Below are positions 4,952 through 11,091 of a stretch of DNA of 11,091 nucleotides, one piece after another. This DNA comes from Candidatus Eiseniibacteriota bacterium (lineage in GTDB: Bacteria > Eisenbacteria > RBG-16-71-46), in the NCBI GenBank assembly GCA_031364845.1, contig JANLWX010000004.1, positions 1 through 11,091 of the forward strand, written 5' to 3'. Each line of letters starts with the position of its first letter. Position 1 is the first letter of the stretch. A model generated the notes under the pieces. The model was not told the DNA's origin. It saw only the letters and a list, made by a program, of their open reading frames with translations, and made no database searches. A program made the position numbers and the translations under genes.

Positions 4952-7819
4952 ATGCTGCCGCTCGAGCTTCCTCCGCGGATCGTGCGTTCGTCCGGTTCTG
5001 TCATCGCCGCACTGGCGTCGGTGCTCATGTGCCTCGCGCTCGCGCCGGCCCGCGCCGGAGTTCCTTCCGACGGCACGTGGGCATCCATCGGCCCGCCGGC
5101 GGTCCGCCACAGCGCGAGCATCATCTACGACCCCGGGCTCGATGGCATCATTCTGTTCGGGGGCGCCTCGCGGCGGGGCGATTGCTGGACGTTGACCGTG
5201 GGCGCGAGTCCCACATGGACCGAGATTCACACCACCGGCGCTCGTCCGACGCCCCGCGACGGACATACTTCCGTCTACGATCCGGTCCGCGATCGCATGA
5301 TCGTGTTCGGCGGCGACGATGGTGAAGGAGTCGATTACGAAAACACCGTGAACGCGCTGCCGCTCGATGGGTCAGAGGCTTGGAGTCAGCTCACCACCAC
5401 CGGCACAGCACCACTCGGACGCACCGATCACACGATGGTGTACGACTCGATTCGCGATCGCGTCGTCGTGTTCGGCGGCGTCGCCGACTTCCAGCGATTC
5501 GAGGATGTCCGCGCGCTCTCGCTGTCGGGGACGCCCGCGTGGAGCGAGGTTCTGCCTCCGGGCTCGGGTCCTTCAGCGCGCTACGGTCACGTCGCCATTT
5601 TCGATCCGGTGGGCGACCGCATGATCGTCTTTGGCGGATCCGACCTGCTGACGCGCAACGATGTCTGGGCGCTCAACTTCTCGGGCGTTCCCGCGTGGAC
5701 CCAGTTGACGACGCTCGGCGCTTCGCCGCCGCTCACGACCGAAGCGGTGGCGGTCTACGATCCGACACCCGGACGCATGATCGTGTTCGGCGGTGATGAT
5801 GGCGAATCGAATCTGTCGAACGACGCATGGTCGCTGAGCCTCGACAGCCTGCGGTGGACGAAGCTCGAGCCTGCCGGCACGCGTCCGACTTCGCGATTCC
5901 GGCATGCCGCGACTTACGACCCGACGCGCGATCGTATGCTCGTATTCGGCGGCACCGATCCCAACCGCGAGAACGACGTGTGGGCGCTCAGCCTGACCGA
6001 CACGCCGGCGTGGACCGAGCTTCCGGATCTCGGCACGCCGTGGGATCGCGGCATGCATTCGGGGGTCTACGATCCTCTCAACCAGCGCATGGTGCTGTTC
6101 GGGGGCACCGATGGAACCGTGCGCAACAGCACGCGCATTCTGCCGCTAACGGGAACGCCGCGCTGGTCGACGCTCAGTGTGCTGAGGGATTCACTGCCCG
6201 CGCCGCGCGTTCGTTACAGCGCCATCCACGATCCGGTGCGCGAGCGGATGATCATCTTCGGTGGCTGGGACGAGCTTCCGGGCTCGAACTTCAAGGACGA
6301 CACCTGGGCGCTCTCACTCTTCGGTACGCCCACGTGGACGCCGATCGATCCTCCCGGTCAGCGGCCGGCGACCCGCATGGAGCACGCGGCGATCTACGAC
6401 TCACGTCGTGATCGCATGATCGTGATCGGCGGATACCTCGATCGCCACGATGTCTGGGCACTGCCGTTGTCGGGGACGCCGGTATGGACGCCGCCATGGA
6501 CGCCGCTCAATCCCACGGGCGCGTTTCCTTACGAGCGCGGCATTGCGGCGGTCTACGATCCGGTCGGGGATCGCGCGATCGTCTTCAACGCGATACCCAA
6601 CGACTGGGACGGGCCGCTGAATACGTGGGAGTTGACGCTCGGCGACAACCCGCAATGGAATCCGCTGCCGACGAGCGGGCTTTCGCATCGTGGGAGTTGG
6701 GGGATGTCGGCGATCTACGATCCGATCCGTCATCGCGTGGTGCTGATGGACGGAGACTACAGTTCCGGCCGGCCCGCTGCGACGACCGAGTTGTCACTGT
6801 CGACGCTCGCATGGCGCGCCTTCGACCTGGTCGCCCCACGCCCCGTCCGTCGCGCGATGCATGCCGCCATCTATGATTCGCATCGCGATCGCATGCTGAT
6901 CACGGGCCAGTTCAGCGCCGTACCCAATTCCGAGAGCAACACGTGGTCCCTGACGTGGGGCGATCCGGTGAAGCCGTCGGTCGATTGCGCGACGCCGTCT
7001 GGCGAGCAGCAGGACACGTTGAGCCTGCCCTATGTGCTCGCGCATCCGTTGAGCGGCACGCGTGCCGTCGCGTGGACGTTGAGCGCCGATCGCGCGTGGC
7101 CGGGATTCCCGCTGCGCGGGATCGAGAACGTCGAAGGCGGCACGCCCGAAACGTTGACGGTGAGCGTTCCGCTGCCCGACACGGCGGCGGCGGGCAAGGT
7201 CCAACTCCATATGTCGGTCGAGTTGAGCGGTGCGACCGGCAACGCGAACGTGTGCGATCACGAAGTCACCTTCGCAGTCACGCCGACGCTTGCGGCGGTC
7301 GTCACCGCTGAAGCGAACGATCATGGGATCCGGCTTCGGTGGCATGTGAGCGGCGAAGGTTCGGTCGTCGCGCAGCGGCGTACGCTCACGACTCCCTGGA
7401 CAGCGTTCCGCAACATCGTGCCCGATGGCGAAGGCTATGCCGTCGTCGAAGACCTCGATGTCGAGGCCGGCGCGCAATACGGCTATCGGCTGACCTGGAA
7501 CTCCGGCGGCCGCGAAGTCGTTGCCGGCGAAGTCTGGGTTGAGATGCCGGTCTTATCACAGCTCGCGCTGGCGGGACTCACACCGAATCCCTCAACGGGT
7601 CCGGTCGCAGTCGCGTTCTCGATTCCGTCGGCGGGCACGGCTCGCATCGACGTGCTCGACATCGCCGGACGATCGGTGGGCGTCGGCCGGCGACTCGATC
7701 TGGCCGCGGGCAATCACGTCGTGGCATTCGGAGAGCGGCGCCTTGCCCCGGGTGTCTATCTCGTGCGGCTCGAGTTCGGAGGTCGGACTCTGCACCGGCG
7801 CGCGGTGATCTTGAGGTAA
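4952..7819 (+). CDS. Secreted Kelch-repeat (double beta-propeller) protein with Ig/FnIII-like linkers and C-terminal T9SS/FlgD-Ig-like sorting domain, 955 aa
   Basis: ATG 4952 with GGAGA RBS (alternative ATG 4931). Signal peptide ending ...LALAPARA|G. Twelve YDPxxDRMxxFGG-type repeats. C-terminus PNPSTGPVAVAFSIP...IDVLDIAGRSV...LAPGVYLVRL...RRAVILR (about 7562-7816). Confidence 0.88.
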   Translation: MLPLELPPRIVRSSGSVIAALASVLMCLALAPARAGVPSDGTWASIGPPAVRHSASIIYDPGLDGIILFGGASRRGDCWTLTVGASPTWTEIHTTGARPTPRDGHTSVYDPVRDRMIVFGGDDGEGVDYENTVNALPLDGSEAWSQLTTTGTAPLGRTDHTMVYDSIRDRVVVFGGVADFQRFEDVRALSLSGTPAWSEVLPPGSGPSARYGHVAIFDPVGDRMIVFGGSDLLTRNDVWALNFSGVPAWTQLTTLGASPPLTTEAVAVYDPTPGRMIVFGGDDGESNLSNDAWSLSLDSLRWTKLEPAGTRPTSRFRHAATYDPTRDRMLVFGGTDPNRENDVWALSLTDTPAWTELPDLGTPWDRGMHSGVYDPLNQRMVLFGGTDGTVRNSTRILPLTGTPRWSTLSVLRDSLPAPRVRYSAIHDPVRERMIIFGGWDELPGSNFKDDTWALSLFGTPTWTPIDPPGQRPATRMEHAAIYDSRRDRMIVIGGYLDRHDVWALPLSGTPVWTPPWTPLNPTGAFPYERGIAAVYDPVGDRAIVFNAIPNDWDGPLNTWELTLGDNPQWNPLPTSGLSHRGSWGMSAIYDPIRHRVVLMDGDYSSGRPAATTELSLSTLAWRAFDLVAPRPVRRAMHAAIYDSHRDRMLITGQFSAVPNSESNTWSLTWGDPVKPSVDCATPSGEQQDTLSLPYVLAHPLSGTRAVAWTLSADRAWPGFPLRGIENVEGGTPETLTVSVPLPDTAAAGKVQLHMSVELSGATGNANVCDHEVTFAVTPTLAAVVTAEANDHGIRLRWHVSGEGSVVAQRRTLTTPWTAFRNIVPDGEGYAVVEDLDVEAGAQYGYRLTWNSGGREVVAGEVWVEMPVLSQLALAGLTPNPSTGPVAVAFSIPSAGTARIDVLDIAGRSVGVGRRLDLAAGNHVVAFGERRLAPGVYLVRLEFGGRTLHRRAVILR
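5105..6960 (+). repeat. 12 tandem Kelch-like repeats (~50-57 aa each)
   Basis: Counted cores: YDPGLDG, YDPVRDR, YDSIRDR, FDPVGDR, YDPTPGR, YDPTRDR, YDPLNQR, HDPVRER, YDSRRDR, YDPVGDR, YDPIRHR, YDSHRDR. The GG dipeptide is lost in the last three. Confidence 0.85.
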
Positions 7820-7828
7820 GCCGCTCCC

Positions 7829-8263
7829 ATGCCGACCCTCCAGTGCCAGCACTGCGGCGCCCCGGTGACGTTCGCCGAGCCGATCCCGCGCGATGCCGAA
7901 TGCGAATCGTGCCGGCGTGATCTGCGCGCGTGCCGCAATTGCCGTCACTACGACGTCGCCTACAACAACGCGTGCACCGAGCCGATGGCAGACCCGGTCG
8001 AGGACAAGTCGCGCCGGAACTTCTGCGAGTTCTTCTACTTCAATCGCGCGGCGTTCGTCGCGGCGAAATCGAACGAAGTTCGTGCGGCCAATGCGCGCGA
8101 CAAACTCGACGCCCTGTTCGGCGGCACGTCCAAGCCCGCGGACACACGAACCGCCCGTGAGAAGCTCGATGGCTTGTTCGGCGGAGGCGAGAAGCCGCGC
8201 GACAAAGCGGCGGACGCGCGCAAAGGGCTCGACGGGTTGTTCAAGAAGAAGGACGAGGCATAA
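7829..8263 (+). CDS. Cys-rich putative metal (Zn)-binding hypothetical protein, 144 aa
   Basis: CQHC, CESC and CRNC(xH) plus two further Cys (ACTEP, NFCEFF). Starts 9 nt after the upstream stop with GAGG upstream. High-GC3 codon usage. Confidence 0.8.
   Translation: MPTLQCQHCGAPVTFAEPIPRDAECESCRRDLRACRNCRHYDVAYNNACTEPMADPVEDKSRRNFCEFFYFNRAAFVAAKSNEVRAANARDKLDALFGGTSKPADTRTAREKLDGLFGGGEKPRDKAADARKGLDGLFKKKDEA
8093..8248 (+). repeat. Three tandem copies of an ARxxLDxLF motif
   Basis: ARDKLDALFGG (8093), AREKLDGLFGG (8153) and ARKGLDGLFKK (8216), with periods of 60 and 63 nt. Confidence 0.8.
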
Positions 8264-8264
8264 C

Positions 8265-8303
8265 GCATCGGCGCGATCGTTCACGTCACGATCGCGCCGA
8301 TGC
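8265..8303. terminator. Strong hairpin between convergent genes (probable bidirectional terminator)
   Basis: Perfect 16-bp stem GCATCGGCGCGATCGT / ACGATCGCGCCGATGC with a 7-nt loop, immediately after stop 8263. U tracts are weak. Confidence 0.7.
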
Positions 8304-8335
8304 TTCATCGATTTTCGTTGCGTCGGGAGAGTCGG

Positions 8336-8737
8336 CTACTTCTTCTTTCCGCGCCGCCCGTCGGGTTCTCCGCCACCCAACTCGCTCGCCAGGATCCCCG
8401 GCAAGAGCCTGCGAATGTGCGAGCGGATCTCGTCGCGAATCGTATCGGCGATGTTCATCGCGCCGCCGACCGCCTTGCCGACAGCGGCTGCGGCGACCAC
8501 GGCCCGGCCACCTTTCTTTCCGCGCTTGCCGGCGGCGCCCTTCTTGCGCCACGAATAGTAAGTCACGGGCGTCACGCCGAAGCGCTCCTTGACCTTCGCG
8601 GCGGTGAGCCCTTCGCGCTCGGCGGTCTCGAGTATGTTCTGCCGCTCCGCATCGGAGTATCGCGTACGCGTTTTTCTCCCTCGGCCGGACGTTGTTGCTT
8701 TCCCAGCGCTCGCCTTCTTGGACTTGCGGGCTGCCAT
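8336..8737 (-). CDS. Small basic HTH DNA-binding protein (transposase-OrfA-like HTH, stand-alone), 133 aa
   Basis: GGAGGG RBS before ATG 8737. Core RTRYSDAERQNILETAEREGLTAAKVKERFGVTPVTYYSWRKK resembles an HTH_Tnp_1-type helix-turn-helix. K/R/A/G-rich flanks; hand count about 33 K+R vs about 12 D+E. Confidence 0.8.
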   Translation of the reverse strand: MAARKSKKASAGKATTSGRGRKTRTRYSDAERQNILETAEREGLTAAKVKERFGVTPVTYYSWRKKGAAGKRGKKGGRAVVAAAAVGKAVGGAMNIADTIRDEIRSHIRRLLPGILASELGGGEPDGRRGKKK

Positions 8738-8850
8738 TGCCGAACCCTCCATGAGGTGGTGACACGGCCTCGACGACCGGCCCCACGCTACGCCACTCGA
8801 AGTGGGGCGTCCACATCCTTCCCGCGTTCGGCAAACCGCCACCGTCCGCT

Positions 8851-8880
8851 TTGACGCAGCACCCGCCCGTAACCTACCTT
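8851..8880 (+). promoter_or_regulatory. Candidate sigma70 promoter of the yicC-gmk-rpoZ-coaBC operon
   Basis: TTGACG (8851-8856) - 18 nt - TACCTT (8875-8880) in the divergent intergenic region. Confidence 0.5.
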
Positions 8881-8984
8881 CGCCGGTTCCGACACCCGAT
8901 TTCGCGGTCTCCCGCCGCCTTCCTTCTTAAGGCAGCCGCAGGCCGCGTCGTGATTCATGGTCTGCACCGGAGGAGTCCGCCAGC

Positions 8985-9863
8985 ATGATCCGCAGCATGA
9001 CGGGGTTCGGTTCGGCCGAACTCGAGCGTGATGGCCAGCGTCTCACGGCCGAGATCCGGTCGGTCAACCACCGCTACTGCGACGTGTCGATGCGGGCCCC
9101 CAAGCTCGTGAGCGCCTTCGAGGACCAGATCCGCCAGTTGATCGGCGAGCGCTACTCGCGCGGCAAGTTCAACCTCACGATCACCTGGAGCGGAGCGGGG
9201 GACGAGGGCGAGGTGCTCAAGGTCAACGAGCCGGTCGCCGATCGCTATGTCGCGCTGCTCGAGCAACTGCGCAGCCGCTACAAGCTCGACAGCGGACTCG
9301 ACATGCGCACGCTTGCGCAACTTCCGGATGTGTTCGTGTGGGAGCACACGGCGTTGTCCGACGAGCAGACGTGGAGTCTGGTGAAGCTGGTCGTGACCCA
9401 GGCGTGCGAGAACATGGAGGCGATGAAGTCCCGCGAAGGGCGTTCGCTCGCCGATGATCTCGAACACCGTCTCACGATTCTGCGCACGCAACTTGATCTG
9501 GTCAGCGAGCGCGCGCCGTATCGCCCGCTCGAAGCGAAGGAGCGTCTGACCGCGCGCGTCAAAGCGCTGCTCGGAGACGTCGAGATGGATCCGATCCGCA
9601 TTGCGCAGGAAGTCGCGATGATGGTGGACCGGCTCGACTGCACCGAGGAGTGCGTGCGGCTCGCGGCCCACATCGACCAGTTCCGCTCGCTGATCGAAGG
9701 CACCGAACTCGCCGGGCGCAAGCTGAACTTCTTGCTGCAGGAGATGAATCGCGAGGGCAACACGATCGGTGCGAAGTCGAACGACGTGGCGATCACCCGC
9801 GCAGTGATCGTGATGAAGGAAGAGATCGAGCGCCTGCGCGAGCAGGTGCAGAATGTCGAGTGA
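8985..9863 (+). CDS. yicC: YicC/YloC-family endoribonuclease, 292 aa
   Basis: N-terminal SMTGFG, EIRSVNHRY, EECVRL, GRKLNFLLQEMNREGNTIGAK and C-terminal REQVQNVE. GGAGGAG RBS. Conserved position upstream of gmk. Confidence 0.96.
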   Translation: MIRSMTGFGSAELERDGQRLTAEIRSVNHRYCDVSMRAPKLVSAFEDQIRQLIGERYSRGKFNLTITWSGAGDEGEVLKVNEPVADRYVALLEQLRSRYKLDSGLDMRTLAQLPDVFVWEHTALSDEQTWSLVKLVVTQACENMEAMKSREGRSLADDLEHRLTILRTQLDLVSERAPYRPLEAKERLTARVKALLGDVEMDPIRIAQEVAMMVDRLDCTEECVRLAAHIDQFRSLIEGTELAGRKLNFLLQEMNREGNTIGAKSNDVAITRAVIVMKEEIERLREQVQNVE

Positions 9864-10530
9864 CATCATGCCGCCCGACGTGAATCCTCACGGGGCGGCC
9901 CGGGCCTACGATCCGAACGCGACGTTCCACTTCGAGCCGGGCGGGTTCCTGTTCGTGGTGTCGGGTCCTTCGGGCGCGGGCAAGGGCACGCTGGTCGAGC
10001 GGCTGGTGAAGATCCGGCCCGAATGTATCTTTTCGATCTCGTCCACGACGCGGCCGCGACGGCCGCACGAAACGCACGGGGTCGAATACGAGTTCGTGAG
10101 CCGCGAAGAATTCGAGCAGCGCCGCGCGCAGGGATTGTTTCTCGAGTCGGCCGAAGTGCACGGTCATCTCTACGGCACTCCGGCCGGGCCGGTCGACGAA
10201 GGCGTGCGCGCGGGCCGGGTGGTGGTGCTGGATGTCGATGTGCAGGGCGGAGCGAGCGTGCGCGCGGCGCGGCCGGATGCGGTGTCGGTGTTCATCTACC
10301 CGCCTTCGATCGATGCGCTGCGCGAGCGCTTGCGCGGCCGCAACACCGAAACACCGGAAGCGCTCGAGGTTCGCCTCGGGAACGCGCCGGGTGAACTCGA
10401 GCAGTATCGTGACTATCAGTACGTGGTGGTGAACGACGATCTCGATCATGCGGCCGAGCGGCTGGTCGCGATCGTCGATGCGGAGCGCGCGCGAGTGCGT
10501 CGGTTGCGCGCGCATCCCGGACGTCCCTGA
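9853..10530 (+). CDS. gmk: Guanylate kinase
   Basis: P-loop VSGPSGAGKGT, SISSTTRPRRPHE, EVHGHLYGT, LDVDVQG and YVVVNDDL. Start is ambiguous (9853 vs 9868). Confidence 0.96.
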   Translation: MSSDIMPPDVNPHGAARAYDPNATFHFEPGGFLFVVSGPSGAGKGTLVERLVKIRPECIFSISSTTRPRRPHETHGVEYEFVSREEFEQRRAQGLFLESAEVHGHLYGTPAGPVDEGVRAGRVVVLDVDVQGGASVRAARPDAVSVFIYPPSIDALRERLRGRNTETPEALEVRLGNAPGELEQYRDYQYVVVNDDLDHAAERLVAIVDAERARVRRLRAHPGRP

Positions 10531-10553
10531 ACACCGACGATGGAGTGTATGGA

Positions 10554-10754
10554 ATGACGAAGCTTGCATCCTTGATCACGCCTCCGGGTGACAGTAAGTA
10601 CGAATTGGCGGTCATCGCGGCCCGCGAAGCGCGCCGCCTCAACGAGTGGTCGCGTCGCACGGGCGAAACGCCGAAGGGCAAGGTCACCGCACTCGCCCTC
10701 GAGCGCACGATCCGCCACGAGGTGCCGTACGGCTACGACGAGAACGCGGAGTAG
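10554..10754 (+). CDS. rpoZ: RNA polymerase omega subunit, 66 aa
   Basis: SKYELAVIAAREARRL and KVTALALE motifs. Lies between gmk and coaBC. GGAG 8 nt before ATG 10554. Confidence 0.88.
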   Translation: MTKLASLITPPGDSKYELAVIAAREARRLNEWSRRTGETPKGKVTALALERTIRHEVPYGYDENAE

Positions 10755-10812
10755 CTCCCGCAAGGCGAAAGCCCGTCGCGGCGCGAGCGCCGGCGTCGAG
10801 AACGTCGCGCAT

Positions 10813-11091
10813 GTGAGCGCCGACGCCACGACTTCCGGCGCGCTCGCAGGCACGGTCGTCGTGGTCGGAGTGTCGGGCGGCATCGCGGCCTACAAGGCGT
10901 GCGAATTGGTGCGCTGGTTTCGCCAGCGTGACGCGCACGTCGTCGTGGTTATGACCGAGGCCGCGGCCGAGTTCGTGACACCGCTCACGTTCCAGGCGCT
11001 GTCGGGCAATCCGGTCGTCTCGCATCTGTGGGGCGATCAATCCCCGCGCTTCGATCTGCCGCCGCGCGCGCGCGCCAAGGTCCGCGGGCGC
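10813..11091 (+). CDS. coaBC: Phosphopantothenoylcysteine decarboxylase/synthase CoaBC, N-terminal flavoprotein part (partial)
   Basis: Hand translation from GTG 10813: ...VVVVGVSGGIAAYKACELVRWFRQRDAHVVVVMTEAAAEFVTPLTFQALSGNPV... The frame is open to the window end; the exact start is uncertain. Confidence 0.92.
   Translation, partial: MSADATTSGALAGTVVVVGVSGGIAAYKACELVRWFRQRDAHVVVVMTEAAAEFVTPLTFQALSGNPVVSHLWGDQSPRFDLPPRARAKVRGR

Noticed and set aside
5105..6960. Recurring DNA motif (TACGATCCG...CGCATGATCGTGTTCGGCGG) as CRISPR or DNA repeat array
   Set aside because: Degenerate, in-frame and explained by Kelch protein repeats. No identical repeats with unique spacers and no cas genes.
8336..8737. 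Second IS element
   Set aside because: No catalytic transposase ORF, terminal inverted repeats or target duplication seen.
8955..9869. 304-aa antisense ORF over yicC (and similar shadow ORFs throughout)
   Set aside because: Mirror-frame ORFs are expected from high-GC3 codon bias and have no recognisable motifs. The sense-strand genes are well-supported families.
9840..9870. yicC 3' end as a genomic-island integration site
   Set aside because: yicC runs directly into gmk with no integrase or att duplication. The accessory genes are on the 5' side.

Overview
High-GC bacterial window running from an accessory region on the left into a core operon on the right. The T9SS/FlgD-like sorting domain plus the yicC-gmk-rpoZ-coaBC order suggests an FCB-group-type diderm; this is inference only. 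Left: the left end of an IS3-family element (minus strand, 1-141, absent from the ORF track) has inserted into a RelE/ParE toxin gene whose remnant is also frameshifted. Next are a sigma70-like promoter, a ~190-nt hairpin-rich leader and a 95-aa signal-peptide-bearing small gene. That gene is translationally coupled (ATGA overlap) to an 823-aa sigma54 activator with an N-terminal TPR array, AAA+ GAFTGA domain and Fis HTH, and no receiver domain. Codon usage in the activator's first ~300 codons differs markedly from the rest of the gene. This pair is the best candidate for an undescribed system: an RRNPP-like secreted-peptide/TPR receptor wired to sigma54. Middle: an OPA-family MFS transporter, a secreted 12-Kelch-repeat protein with a C-terminal sorting domain, a Cys-rich putative Zn-binding protein with a triplicated tail, and a convergent, very basic stand-alone HTH protein. 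Right: yicC, gmk, rpoZ and the 5' part of coaBC.
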